Below are positions 38,449 to 49,427 of a stretch of DNA of 64,000 bases, piece by piece (the stretch's first letter is position 1; each line of letters starts with the position of its first letter). The stretch is from an uncultured delta proteobacterium (GTDB lineage: Bacteria > Desulfobacterota > Syntrophia > Syntrophales > Smithellaceae). A program made the translations under genes and the position numbers. The stretch covers positions 26,328 to 90,327 of the forward strand of contig CAVSCG010000027.1 in NCBI GenBank assembly GCA_963726395.1, written 5' to 3'. The notes under the pieces are model-generated. The model had not been told where the DNA came from, did no database searches, and was given only the letters and a program-made list of their open reading frames with translations.

Positions 38449-39330
38449 GTGGGATTGATGGCCAAGGGAAAACTGAAGGAAGAAGACATGCCCGCAATTC
38501 CTGCTGATGCCGCAACGGTGATGCTCCTGAGGCCTTGTCCGGACAGAGGTGTCAAAGACATCGAAGTGCTTCTGGTGCTGCGAAATCGCAAAAGCAGTTT
38601 TGTTCCCGGCTATCATGTATTCCCCGGCGGCGTTCTTGATCCTGAAGATTACGAACCCGGTATGGAACACTTTATCCGTTGCATCGACAGGAAACAGGCC
38701 GCCCGGATTCTTCCCGATATGTCGCATCCTGAAAAAGCTTTGGGCGCCTGGGTTGCCGCCATCCGCGAGACGTTTGAGGAGGTGGGGCTGCTGATCGCCC
38801 GGAAAAAAGACGGCACGTCCGTTACCATCGGAACAGACGAGGAACGTCAGAGGTTTGGCCTTTACAGGAAGGCGCTCGTTAAAGGAGAAATGAAATTTTC
38901 TCAGATGCTGGAAGCGGAGGATATTGTTCTTTCCGGGGATGACCTGCATTACTTTTCTCACTGGATTACGCCGGAATATTTGCCGCTGCGCTATGATGTG
39001 CGTTTCTTTATGGCCCAGGCTCCTGCTGGGCAGTTTGCTGTCTGCGATGGCGTGGAACTGACAAATCACAGCTGGCTTCGGCCGTCCATGGCGCTTGCGG
39101 ATTACGAGATGGGCAAGATCGGGATGGTCCTGCCACAGATCATTACGCTTGAGGAGCTCTCCCGTTTCAAAATGGTTGAGGAAGTCATCGTGTCTGCGCG
39201 GGAGCGCCACGTTCCCACCATACTGACCAAGATAGTTCAGCTCGACGGCAGGGATGTGGAAGTCATGCCCGACGGGAGTGTTTTTGAAAACCGTCCGCCG
39301 GTTTACCCTCAGCCTGACCATAAGAAGTAA
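38449..39330 (+). CDS. NUDIX-hydrolase-like protein
   Basis: GGVLDPED...AAIRETFEEVGLL resembles a NUDIX box. The long antisense ORF 38311..39321 is judged spurious. Confidence 0.55.
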   Translation: MGLMAKGKLKEEDMPAIPADAATVMLLRPCPDRGVKDIEVLLVLRNRKSSFVPGYHVFPGGVLDPEDYEPGMEHFIRCIDRKQAARILPDMSHPEKALGAWVAAIRETFEEVGLLIARKKDGTSVTIGTDEERQRFGLYRKALVKGEMKFSQMLEAEDIVLSGDDLHYFSHWITPEYLPLRYDVRFFMAQAPAGQFAVCDGVELTNHSWLRPSMALADYEMGKIGMVLPQIITLEELSRFKMVEEVIVSARERHVPTILTKIVQLDGRDVEVMPDGSVFENRPPVYPQPDHKK

Positions 39331-39581
39331 TTTGGGAAAGCGGAGGGTAAAAATCTTTCATTTTCTTTATGCCCGTCTTTCATGGATTGCCCCTATCTTG
39401 AAGTCGTTAATTGACGAACTCGGAGAAATATGCGATCTTGCACATCCATAATCGTTCCATCTTCTCGATGCACCATTCCTCCGCAAGCTGCGGTGAACAT
39501 GTCCACGGAGGTTCAATTCTGTCGAGGAGGATGGTCGAAGTAGCCTTCCTGGAGAGATTCTATGAAATTGACTTCTGAATT

Positions 39582-40444
39582 TTGTCGGCGCAACCCTCAA
39601 AGAATACATCTGCCATCATCAACGCCCGCCGAATTATGAATTATGCGGCGGCTATCGGCGATGCCAATCCTCTTTACTTCAATGATGAGCGGCCGGAAGG
39701 GATCATCGCGCCGCCCCTGTTTCCCGTTGCGCTTACCTGGCCCATAGTGGAAAACATTACCGATTATCTGGAAGCTCAGGGATTTCCCCAGGAGGTCCTC
39801 TTCACCCAAGTTCATTACAGTGAGCACCTCAGCATCCACAGGCCGATTACACCCGGCAGCGATCTGAAAATCAAAGGAGCCATTGCCGCCATTCTACCGC
39901 ACAGGGCAGGAACCTATGTCGTTATACGGTTTGATGCGCAAGATGCCGACGGGAATCATTATTTCACGGAACATACTCGGCGCCATGATGCGAGGGGTTG
40001 AGTGCGAGGACGCCGGAAAAGGAGGCGAATCCATTCCGTCCGTTCCTCATCAAACAAAGGAGTCTGCCGCCTTGTGGGAATCGGTGATCCCCATTGATCC
40101 GCTGGCGCCCTTCATCTACGACGGATGCACGAACATTCATTTCCCTATCCATACATCCGTAAAATTTGCGCACCAGGTGGGGCTGCCCGGCATTATCCAC
40201 CAGGGGACGGCTACCCTTGCCGTTGCCGTGCATAACATCCTGAACCAGAGAGGCGGGCGGCGATCCGCACCGTTTGGCAACTGTTTACTGCAGGTTTTCA
40301 GGAATGGTGCTTCCGGGCTCTGCAATTCGGGTCCGCCTCACCGGTAAACATCAGGTATCCGGAGAGACGGATCTCTTCTTCACCGTTCTCAATGCCGAAG
40401 AGAAGCTCGCGATCAGCGATGGCTATATCAGACTGAAAGACTAA
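39582..40444 (+). pseudogene. MaoC-like (double hot-dog) dehydratase, at least 2 frame breaks
   Basis: YAAAIGDANPLYFND (ORF 39582..40001), then IHFPIHTSVKFAHQVGLPGIIHQGTATLA (ORF 39883..40347), then a third-frame tail ...AISDGYIRLKD*. Confidence 0.65.
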
Positions 40445-40457
40445 AGGAGAAGATATC

Positions 40458-42053
40458 ATGACTTGGGAAAAGCTTAATCAAACGTGGCACTACGTGGAAA
40501 AATGGGCCAAAGCGAGACCGGATGCCGATGCCCTGGTTTTTGGCGAAGAGAAACTGACCTGGCGCGAATTCAAGGAGCAGATGGATGCGATCGCTCTGGC
40601 TTATCTGGAAATCGGGATAGAAAAAGGAGACCGTGTCGCCTGCTTTCCATGGCGCGCAACGAATTCCTCACGACATACATGGCCGCGGGCAAGGTCGGGG
40701 CTATCTGGCTGGGCCTGTCGCCGAAATACACCCTGGAAGAGCTTCGCTACCAGCTCAACGATTGCCGTCCGAAACTGCTCATCACCCTGCGGGAATATAT
40801 GGGCAGCGACCTGTCCGAAACCGTCAGAGCCCTCACGAAGGAATTTTCTTTTTTGAAAAAAGTTCTGGTGATCGGCGAGCCTTTTGAGGGGACCGAATAT
40901 TTTTCCGCTTATACCGGGAAGCCGCGGGATAACTTTGCCGCACGCCTTGAACAAAGAGCTTCCGAAAGTAACAGAAACGGATGACGCCCTTCTTTTGTAC
41001 ACGTCAGGATCAACCGGAAAGCCCAAGGGTGTCGTTCATACACACCGCAGCATCGTTGAGAACATCAAGGTGGAAATGTGAAAAATTCTATTTTGAAGAA
41101 AATTCGCGGGGACTTCTCCACTTTCCCATTAATCATGTTGCCGCGGATGTCGAGATCGGGTTCGGGGCAATCATGTCGGGCGGCTGCGTTGTCTGTATGG
41201 ATAAATTCGATCCGGCTGAGACGCTGAAGAGTCATCGAGAAGGAAAAGATAACCCATATCGGACAGGTGCCGGTCATGTTCCTGCTGGAATTCAAGCAGC
41301 CGGAATTCTGGAACTGCGATTTCAGCAACGTCAAAGCCTTTGTCTGGGCGGGGGCGGCTGCGCCGAAAATCATGATCGATCTTCTCACGCCGATCTGCCA
41401 GAAAACGGGGGCTAAACTCATCACCGGTTACGGCAGCACGGAAGTATGTGGTTTCGTCACTTACACCAGTAAAGAGGATAATACCGAAACACTTCTCAAG
41501 ACGGCGGGGAAAATTGCTCCACCCTTCGAATTGAAAATTGTCGATAAAGAGCGCCGGGAACTGCCCGCAGGGGAGATAGGTGAGATCGCCGTGCGGGGTT
41601 CTTTCCTGATGAAAGGATACTATAACAAACCGGAAGAAACGGCAAAAGTCATCGATTCGGATGGCTGGTATTACACGACGGACTTGGCTTTTAAGGACGG
41701 AAGAGGCTATATTCATATAACAGGAAGGCTATCCGAAATGTTCAAATCCGGTGGGGAGAATGTATATCCCCGAGAAGTGGAAGAGATCATCGAGACTCAT
41801 GCTGCGGTTCTTTTCGCTGCTGTTATCGGGGTTCCGGACGAAATTTATCAGGAAGTCGGCTGGGCCTTTGTCATGCCGACACCGGGGCAGAATGTAACGG
41901 AAGAGGAATTGCGCGATTTATGCAAATCCGCCCTGGCCAATTTCAAGGTGCCTAAAAAAATTCTTTATCCGGCCACTGCTTCCCCTGTTGGCCAGCGGCA
42001 AAGTGAATAAGATGGCGCTGAAAGATGAAATTAGGGAAATGATGAAAAAATAG
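40458..42053 (+). pseudogene. AMP-dependent acyl-CoA synthetase, at least 5 frame breaks
   Basis: Family segments appear in alternating frames: DRVA..., MARNEFLTTYMAAGKVGAIWLGLSPKY, LLYTSGSTGKPKGVVHTHRS, GYGSTEVCG, and the GYYNKPEETAKVIDSDGWYYTTDLA tail ...SGKVNKMALKDEIREMMKK*. Confidence 0.8.
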
Positions 42054-42101
42054 GGGAATAAGTGGCACGCTGACTTAGCTTAATTGGGGAGAGACGCTGG
42101 A

Positions 42102-42638
42102 ATGAATTCAAAACTGACGATAGGGAATACAGCCCCCGACTTTAGGTTTAAAACACCCTGGGATGATGGGATGAACTTTTATGATGCTGTCGGTAATCAT
42201 CCGGCTGTTTTGATTTTTCTGCGCTATTACGGATGCCCGGTCTGTCGGATGGAAATGGCAAAAATAAAACAGGAAATTGATCGGGATAAGAAAAAAGGAG
42301 GGCGCGTATTTGTAGCCCTGCAAAGTTCGCCGGAAACGCTTGCTTCTTTCATCAAAAGAGACGATTTCCCTTTCACGATCATCTGTGACCCTCAAGGAAA
42401 AGTTTTCCAACGGTATGGTGTAGAAGCAGGTGGCATTATAAAATATCTGCATCCCGCCGGTTTGATTGCGGCAATCAAAGCCATCAGTGGCGGTTTTCGC
42501 CATGGTAAATTTGAAGGAAAGGAAACACAGCTTCCTGCCGCATTTGCTCTGAACTCGGATAAGGTTATCAAATACGTTCATTATGGACAAAACATCGGCG
42601 ACGTACCCTGGCTGACAGCCATTACGACCATCATATAG
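42102..42638 (+). CDS. Peroxiredoxin-like / AhpC-TSA (redoxin) family protein
   Basis: Thioredoxin-fold pattern with FLRYYGCPVCRME (CxxC). The ATG at 42102 lies within ORF 42084..42638. Confidence 0.65.
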   Translation: MNSKLTIGNTAPDFRFKTPWDDGMNFYDAVGNHPAVLIFLRYYGCPVCRMEMAKIKQEIDRDKKKGGRVFVALQSSPETLASFIKRDDFPFTIICDPQGKVFQRYGVEAGGIIKYLHPAGLIAAIKAISGGFRHGKFEGKETQLPAAFALNSDKVIKYVHYGQNIGDVPWLTAITTII

Positions 42639-42757
42639 CAGATGTGCCAATAATCAGTTCAGAGACAAGGAAAAGCAATGAGGTAAAGGCAAGAGAAGGA
42701 TATATCTTCATAAACCCCTGTCCCCGTTTTACTTGAAAGTAAAGGAGGAGCAAGCCG

Positions 42758-43901
42758 ATGAATATTATTCCTTACACAGCGGAGCATAATATCTTCCGGG
42801 AGAGCCTCCGGAAATATCTCGACAAAGAAATAGTGCCCCATATTGAAGAATGGGAGGAAGCAGGCATTGTTCCCCGAAGCGCCTGGAAGAAGCTGGGGGA
42901 ACAGGGATTTCTGTGCACGGATGTTCCCGAGGAATACGGAGGCGTTGGCGGCGACTTTCTCTATTCCGTCATCGTCTGTGAAGAGCTTGTCAAAAGCAAC
43001 TTCTCGGGACTGGCCGCATCTCTGCACAGTGACATCTGCGTCCCTTATATTTCATCGTTTGCCTCAGAGGAACAAAAGCGCAAATATCTGCCCGGCTGTG
43101 TTTCCGGCGACATCATTACAGCGGTTGCCATGACGGAGCCGAATGCCGGCAGTGATTTGGCGAAAATGAAAACAACAGCTGCAGAAGATGGCGATCATAT
43201 TGTCCTCAATGGCCAGAAGACATTCATCAGTAACGGCATCAACTGCGATCTTGTCATCGTAGCCGCGCGTGATCCTGCTGTGCAGCAGGATCACCAAGCC
43301 GTTGATCTCTATCTTGTCGAGGCGGGTACTCCCGGTTTTGAAAAAGGAAAACAGATTAAAAAAATAGGCTGGCACAGTCAGGATACGGCAGAACTGTATT
43401 TCACAGACTGCCGGATTCCGAAGGATAACCGTCTGGGTGATAAAGGGAAGCGGATTTCTTAAGCTCATGATGAAACTCCAACAGGAACGTCTTGTCTGTG
43501 CCGTCGGCGCAGTGATAGCCGCAGAGTTCATCCTGAATTTTACCATCGCGTATTGTAAAGAGCGAAATGCTTTCGGACGTCCTATCTCCAAGTTTCAGCA
43601 TGTGCAGTTCGAAATCGTCGAAATGGCTACTGAAGCCAAATTGGGGCGTACTTTCATTGACAAACTCATCATGGATCATATCGAAGGTAAAAATATTATT
43701 GTCGAGGTCGCCATGGCGAAATACTGGACAACGGATATGGCCTTCCGTGTCGCCGACCGTTGTCTCCAGCTTCACGGTGGATACGGATATTGTGAGGAGT
43801 ACCCCATAGCCCGCGCCTGGCGGGACATCCGCGTGACGCGGATTTTCGCCGGAACAAATGAAATCATGAAGGGAATCGCGGCAAGGTTTATGGGGCTATA
43901 G
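42758..43901 (+). pseudogene. Acyl-CoA dehydrogenase, one frame break at the GGG run 43445-43447
   Basis: ORF 42758..43462 (AMTEPNAGSDL...) continues as GSGFLKLMMKLQQERL... (ORF 43437..43901; ends ...IFAGTNEIMKGIAARFMGL). Confidence 0.85.
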
Positions 43902-43960
43902 GCATAGTCATTATCATAACTTTAAGCGCCAATACTATTTAGTGCAAGGAGGTTGCAGCC

Positions 43961-45598
43961 ATGATGAATTATCCTTTGTTACTCACCAATTTCATGCAGT
44001 ACGCGGCCAGATATTATCCAACCAAGGAGATCGTGTCCGTTTACGCGACCGGCACTTTCCGTTATACATACGCCGACTGGTACAAGCGCACATGCCAGCT
44101 GGCGGGAGCTCTTCGCTCGCTTGGCATCAAAAAGGGTGACCGGGTCGCCTCTTTTTCTCTGAACAACCATCGCCATATGGAGCTATACTTTGGCGTTCCG
44201 TGCATGGGTGCTGTTTTGCACACGCTGAATATAAGGCTGTCCGCCGAACATCTGGTTTACATCATTAATCATGCCGAAGACCGCATTCTCTTCATTGACG
44301 AAGATGTTTACTTCCTCATTGAGCCGTATAAAGATCAACTCAAGACCATCGAAAAATATGTCATCATGTCCCAAACCGGGGTAATGCCGCCAACCACCCT
44401 TTCTCCCGTAGTTCTGTATGACGATCTGATTAAGGAATACCCGGAGAGCTATGACTTCCCGGTGGACCGCGATGAAAACGAACCCTGCCTCATTTGCTAC
44501 ACCTCGGCAACAACGGGTGATCCCAAAGGGGTTGTTTATAGCCATCGCGGTCTTGTGATGCACTCTTTTGCCACAGGCGTTACCATGGGCGTTCAGGAGA
44601 AAGATTGTGCCTTGCATATCGTTCCGATGTTTCATGCCAACGCCTGGGGTGCTCCCTTTGTCTGCACTTTGCGCGGCATGAAACAAGTGCTGCCGGGGCG
44701 TCAAATTCTGGACATGGCGTCGCTGTGCCGAATTATCGCAGAGGAGAAAGTAACCTTTTCCTGTGGTGTGCCGACGATTTGGATCATGCTGCACAGTTAC
44801 CTGGAACAAGGCGGTGCGCATGATTTTTCTTCTATCCGTTATTTATTTTCCGGTGGCTCGGCCATGCCCCGGCATCTCATCGAATCCTATGAACAGAAAT
44901 ACGGCGTCATGCTGGCACAGGGTTACGGCGCTACGGAAACATCTCCGGTTGTCACTCTGTCCATTCCCAAAAGCTATATGGAAACACAGAGTGTTGATGA
45001 AAATATCGATATTCGGGCTACAGCGGGAATGCCCATACCGGGACTTGATGTAAAACTGATCAATACGGAAACGGGTAACGAGGTCCGCATGGATGGCAAG
45101 GAAATGGGAGAAATTCTGGTGCGCGGGCCTTGGATCGCCTCAGAATATTATAAAAACCCAAAACAAAGCGCTATCACCTACCGGGACGGATGGTTTCATA
45201 CTGGCGACATCGGAACCATGAACAAAGAAGGTTATATCTCCCTCGTTGACCGGACAAAAGACCTCATCAAGAGCGCCGGGGAGTGGATCTCTTCCATTGA
45301 TCTGGAAAACGCCATTATGGGATTTCCCAAAGTGCTCGAGGCGGCGGTAATCAGCCTACCTGATGATAAATGGCAGGAACGGCCTCTGGCCTGTGTTGTG
45401 CCTCAGCCTGATGCGGCAAAGACAATTACAAAAGAAGAGATACAGGATTATCTAAAAGATAAGGTAGCAAAATGGTGGATTCCTGATGAGATCGTTTTCA
45501 TGCAGGAACTCCCCAAGACGAGTGTGGGCAAATTCAACAAGAAAAAACTCCGGGAAACGGTCATCCCGGATATTCTGAAGAAGAGAGGTAAGGCATGA
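43961..45598 (+). CDS. AMP-dependent acyl-CoA synthetase (medium/long-chain type)
   Basis: [38 protein letters not shown] and [10 protein letters not shown] motifs. Intact at 545 aa. Confidence 0.85.
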   Translation: MMNYPLLLTNFMQYAARYYPTKEIVSVYATGTFRYTYADWYKRTCQLAGALRSLGIKKGDRVASFSLNNHRHMELYFGVPCMGAVLHTLNIRLSAEHLVYIINHAEDRILFIDEDVYFLIEPYKDQLKTIEKYVIMSQTGVMPPTTLSPVVLYDDLIKEYPESYDFPVDRDENEPCLICYTSATTGDPKGVVYSHRGLVMHSFATGVTMGVQEKDCALHIVPMFHANAWGAPFVCTLRGMKQVLPGRQILDMASLCRIIAEEKVTFSCGVPTIWIMLHSYLEQGGAHDFSSIRYLFSGGSAMPRHLIESYEQKYGVMLAQGYGATETSPVVTLSIPKSYMETQSVDENIDIRATAGMPIPGLDVKLINTETGNEVRMDGKEMGEILVRGPWIASEYYKNPKQSAITYRDGWFHTGDIGTMNKEGYISLVDRTKDLIKSAGEWISSIDLENAIMGFPKVLEAAVISLPDDKWQERPLACVVPQPDAAKTITKEEIQDYLKDKVAKWWIPDEIVFMQELPKTSVGKFNKKKLRETVIPDILKKRGKA

Positions 45599-45610
45599 AT
45601 GCCTGCGGTC

Positions 45611-45725
45611 GGGATACTACAATAAACCGCGAGAGTCGGCCAAAGTCAGTGATTCGGATTGGCTGGTATTACACCACAAAACTGGCTTTTAATGATGAAA
45701 ACGGCTATACATACATTTGTAAATA
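45611..45725 (+). pseudogene. Relic fragment of an AMP-ligase gene
   Basis: Translates as GYYNKPRESAKVSDSD / (shift) / GWYYTTKLAFNDENGYTYI. By-eye nucleotide similarity (roughly three quarters) to 41615-41720 of the disrupted ligase, with one extra T. Confidence 0.6.
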
Positions 45726-45766
45726 TTTTTCATCGCCGCGGCCTCCTGAAATAACACAAGGAACCC

Positions 45767-47140
45767 ATGCAGGATTTTACGGAAGGCAATATTGCCAAAC
45801 AGGTCATTGACTTTACATTGCCGATCATGCTCGGCAATGTTCTGATGTCCGTCTATGGCATCATCAATATGATCTGGGTTGGCCGGCTCCTGGGTCATGA
45901 GGCTGTCGCTGCCGTATCCGCATCCCTGCCGATCATCATGCTGATGCCCGCGTTTCTCATCGGCCTGGGCATGGCTACCAATGTCCTGATTGCCCAGGCT
46001 TTCGGCCGCAAGGACACGGTGATGCTCAAGAAAATCCTGTCGAATTCCTTTTTTGCATCGATCCTCTTCTGTCTGTTGATTTCCATCATTGCCCTGTTGT
46101 TCCGCCGTCAGTTACTCGAATGGGTGCATGCGCCTCTCGAAATCCAGGATATGGCCCTGTCTTATCTGACCATCATGATGGCTTCGCTGGTATTTCAGTT
46201 CTTTATCATGTGGATGAATGGCATGCTGCGCGGCCTGGGCGACGCCACAACCGTTGTGAAAATTCTCATCATGCTTGCAGCGTTTAATATTGTATTCGTT
46301 CCGCTGTTCATTCGCGGTATCGGCCCTCTGCCGCCGCAGGGCGTGGCCGGTGCGGCATGGGGTACGGCGCTGGCGGCCGTGGCGACCAGTGTCATCGGTT
46401 ATATTTACCTGCTGCGGTTTAATCCTTACATTAACATGCGTAACTGGGACTACAGTCTGGACTGGCATATCATCCGGGAGGTTTTCGTCATCGGCGTTCC
46501 CGCATCGCTGCAGATGATCGTGGTCTCACTGGCCGGGGTAATCATTATAGCCCTGGTCAACCGTTACGGTACGGCCGTGACTGCGGCCTTCGGCATCGGC
46601 ATGCAGATAGACATGCTGGCCACTATTCCATTCATATCCATCGGGATGGCGGCGACCACAATTGCCGGCCAGAATCTGGGTGCGCAGAAAATGGAGCGCG
46701 TTTTCCAGACCCTGCGAGTATCGGTTTATTTCGGTCTGGCCGTTGCCCTTGTATGCACCGCCGTGCTGTTCATTTTCCCTCATTACATCGGCGGAATTTT
46801 TCTTAAGGAATCGGCGGAAAGTGCCCGGGTGTTGAATATCGTCCGTGATTATTATCATTGGATGGCGTTTATTTTTCCCTGCTTCGCCGTCATATTTGCC
46901 ATCCAGGGGGTGCTCCGCAGCGCAGGCGATACCATGGCCTTGCTGGCTCTCTCGTTTATCGCCATGTTCGTCATCCGCATTCCTCTGGCCTACGCACTGG
47001 CCGGTCCCGGCGGTTTTAAGCAGGACGGCATCTGGATGGCTATGCTGATGAGCAGCGCATTGGCCGTCGGTTTGAACTGGCTTTACTTCAAGAAGGGTCC
47101 TTGGAAGAAAAAACGGCTGTTAGGAAAGCAAAAATCCTGA
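45767..47140 (+). CDS. MATE-family efflux transporter
   Basis: 12-TM profile, N-terminal GNIAKQVIDFTLPIMLGNVLMSVYGIINMIWVGRLLG, 457 aa. Confidence 0.85.
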   Translation: MQDFTEGNIAKQVIDFTLPIMLGNVLMSVYGIINMIWVGRLLGHEAVAAVSASLPIIMLMPAFLIGLGMATNVLIAQAFGRKDTVMLKKILSNSFFASILFCLLISIIALLFRRQLLEWVHAPLEIQDMALSYLTIMMASLVFQFFIMWMNGMLRGLGDATTVVKILIMLAAFNIVFVPLFIRGIGPLPPQGVAGAAWGTALAAVATSVIGYIYLLRFNPYINMRNWDYSLDWHIIREVFVIGVPASLQMIVVSLAGVIIIALVNRYGTAVTAAFGIGMQIDMLATIPFISIGMAATTIAGQNLGAQKMERVFQTLRVSVYFGLAVALVCTAVLFIFPHYIGGIFLKESAESARVLNIVRDYYHWMAFIFPCFAVIFAIQGVLRSAGDTMALLALSFIAMFVIRIPLAYALAGPGGFKQDGIWMAMLMSSALAVGLNWLYFKKGPWKKKRLLGKQKS

Positions 47141-47194
47141 CAGCATAATGCTATGCTTCATTACAGCTATCCGCAGTCGAAGTGACGGCTGCCG

Positions 47195-48514
47195 TTATCG
47201 CTTTTTGCGGAAGATCAGTTTCAGCGGAACTTTATCGAAACCGAATTCGGTGCGGATGGAATTCATCAGGAAGCGCTCATACGAAAAGTGGACGCCTTTG
47301 GCGTGGGGGACAAAGAAAATAAAGGTAGGCGGTTTAATGCCGGTTTGTGTTGCGTAAGAGATGCTCATGGATCGGTTCTGAAAGCGCGCCATCGGGTTTC
47401 TCCGGACGGATCTTTCCACCAGATCATTTAAGGGTGAGGTGTCCACCCTTTTTGTATACTGGCTGTAAACATCGTTGATGAGTTCAAATATCTTCGGCGC
47501 GCGCTGTCCGGTCAGCGCTGAAATGAAAAGAATGGGTGCGAAATCCATGAACTTGATTTTATCCTTGATGTCCTCGACAAATTTGCCGACGGTGGCATTA
47601 TCCTTTTCAATTTTATCCCATTTATTCACCACAATGATGCAGGCTTTGCCGCGCTCATAGGCGAGGCCTACAATTTTGGCGTCCTGCTCGGTCATGCCTT
47701 CTTCCGCGTCAATCAGCACCAGAGCGATATCGCAGCGGTTGATTGTTTTGAGCGCCTGGATGACGCTGTATTTTTCCAGTGTCAGGCTGATCTTGTTTTT
47801 CCTTCGGATACCCGCCGTGTCAATCAGCAGATAATGTCTGCCGTGTACCTTGATGGTCGTGTCGATGGCGTCGCGTGTGGTGCCGGGCGTGGGATTGGCA
47901 ATGCTTCTTTGACTGCCGGAAATCAGATTGATGAGCGATGATTTGCCGACATTGGGCTTGCCGACAATCGCCACCGCAATCGGTTCATCTGCGTCGTCTT
48001 TACTTTCAGTTGCCGGGGGGAAACCGTCCGTCAGACGAGCCAGTAATTCATCCACGCCCAATCCGTGTTGAGCGGAGATCGGATAAAAGGTATCGATACC
48101 CAGCCGATAGAATTCAGTGAGCAGTTCTTCATGGCGCTCGCCGTCCACTTTGTTGGCGGTGTAAAATACATTTTTGCCCCTGCCGCGCAATTGACGGGCT
48201 ATTTCAAGGTCCGTCGGGGTGAGGCCATCTTTGCCGTCCATCAAAAGAATAATAACGTCCGCTTCTTCAATGGCCAGATTCGTTTGCTCGCGCATCTGGA
48301 TCAGAATACGTTCTTCCGTGATCGGTTCGAATCCACCGGTGTCAATCAGTGTGAAAGCTTTATCGTGCCAGACGCAATCCATGTAGTTGCGGTCGCGCGT
48401 CGCGCCCGGTTCGTCGATGACGATGGCCTTCTGCTTTCCCGCGATGCGGTTGAAGAGCGTTGATTTGCCCACATTGGGGCGGCCGACGATGGCGATAACG
48501 GGTTTTGCCTGCAT
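47195..48514 (-). CDS. der: Ribosome-associated GTPase Der/EngA (tandem GTPase domains)
   Basis: Two G-domains (GRPNVGKST and GKPNVGKSS) and a KH-like C-terminus. Confidence 0.9.
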   Translation of the reverse strand: MQAKPVIAIVGRPNVGKSTLFNRIAGKQKAIVIDEPGATRDRNYMDCVWHDKAFTLIDTGGFEPITEERILIQMREQTNLAIEEADVIILLMDGKDGLTPTDLEIARQLRGRGKNVFYTANKVDGERHEELLTEFYRLGIDTFYPISAQHGLGVDELLARLTDGFPPATESKDDADEPIAVAIVGKPNVGKSSLINLISGSQRSIANPTPGTTRDAIDTTIKVHGRHYLLIDTAGIRRKNKISLTLEKYSVIQALKTINRCDIALVLIDAEEGMTEQDAKIVGLAYERGKACIIVVNKWDKIEKDNATVGKFVEDIKDKIKFMDFAPILFISALTGQRAPKIFELINDVYSQYTKRVDTSPLNDLVERSVRRNPMARFQNRSMSISYATQTGIKPPTFIFFVPHAKGVHFSYERFLMNSIRTEFGFDKVPLKLIFRKKR

Positions 48515-48522
48515 GGAAACCT

Positions 48523-49410
48523 CTATTTGATAAGTCCGAACTCACGTAACATTCGGTCGGAACTGGTCCAGTCTTTCTTGACGCGCACAAACAATTCCAG
48601 AAAAACCTTTGCGCCGAAAAGATTTTCCATCGCCAGACGCGCCTGCGTCCCGATTTTTTTAAGCATGGCGCCTTTCTTGCCGATCATGATCGCTTTTTGC
48701 GATTCTTTTTCCACAGAAATCGTCGCGCTGATGCGAATCAGATTTTTTTTCTCGTCTTCCTTAAAAGCATCAATGGTTACTGCCGACGCATAGGGGACTT
48801 CCTGCTTTGTTAAATGTAGAATCTGTTCCCGGATAAACTCTCCCGCGATAAACCGTTCGGTGGCATCGGTCGCGATATCGTCGGGGAACAGTTGCGGACC
48901 CTCCGGCAGTAACTCTTTCAGGGAGGTCAGCAACTCTTCGAGTCCTTCTCTTTTTAACGCGCAGATCGGAAAAATGCCGGCGAAGTCATAAAGCTTGCGA
49001 TACTGATCGATCAGTGGCAGCAGAGAAGGTTTTTCAATCCGATCAATTTTGTTAATGGCCAGAAATACCGGCGCCTTGGCACCGGCCAGCGCTTCTATCA
49101 AAAAAAGATCGTGTGGGCCGATGAGGGTGTCGGCTTCAACCATCATCAGCAATACGTCGGCATCGCCGATGGTATCCCGGGCCGCTTGCACCATTGCGCG
49201 GTTGAGCGGCGTTTTCGGTTTGTGCATTCCCGGTGTGTCCAGAAAAATCAACTGCGCGTCGGGGGAGTTCTTAATGCCCGTGATACGGTTTCGCGTAGTT
49301 TGCGGTTTGTTGGCGACAATGGAAATTTTGTCGCCGATTATCGCGTTGAAAAAAGTTGATTTGCCCACATTCGGGCGGCCTAAGATGGCAATAAAACCAG
49401 ATTTAAACAC
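48523..49410 (-). CDS. era: GTPase Era
   Basis: GRPNVGKST, DTPG and NKID motifs plus a C-terminal KH domain. Confidence 0.9.
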   Translation of the reverse strand: MFKSGFIAILGRPNVGKSTFFNAIIGDKISIVANKPQTTRNRITGIKNSPDAQLIFLDTPGMHKPKTPLNRAMVQAARDTIGDADVLLMMVEADTLIGPHDLFLIEALAGAKAPVFLAINKIDRIEKPSLLPLIDQYRKLYDFAGIFPICALKREGLEELLTSLKELLPEGPQLFPDDIATDATERFIAGEFIREQILHLTKQEVPYASAVTIDAFKEDEKKNLIRISATISVEKESQKAIMIGKKGAMLKKIGTQARLAMENLFGAKVFLELFVRVKKDWTSSDRMLREFGLIK

Positions 49411-49427
49411 AAATATTCTCCAATGAT

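Noticed and set aside
38311-39321. 336-aa minus-strand ORF
   Set aside because: It is almost exactly antisense to the NUDIX-like + strand ORF, which has a recognisable REtfEEvG box. The minus translation has no motif and an odd His/Arg/Phe-rich composition.
39562-39600. A possible upstream start (ATG 39562, MKLTSEF...) for the MaoC-like gene, which would require two further frameshifts
   Set aside because: The TTG at 39582 gives a continuous frame into the conserved YAAAIGDANPLY block. The longer version rests on only a few plausible residues (FVGATLKEY) and cannot be supported without alignments.
42061-42080. TGGCACGCTGACTTAGC as a sigma-54 promoter (a sigma-54 activator is encoded at 7264), and a similar TGGCAA...TGCT upstream of atpE (about 3990-4010, minus strand)
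   Set aside because: The GG-to-GC spacing is 2 nt longer than the TGGCAC-N5-TTGC consensus in both cases, and the -12 element is poor. No convincing sigma-54 promoter was found by eye in the window.
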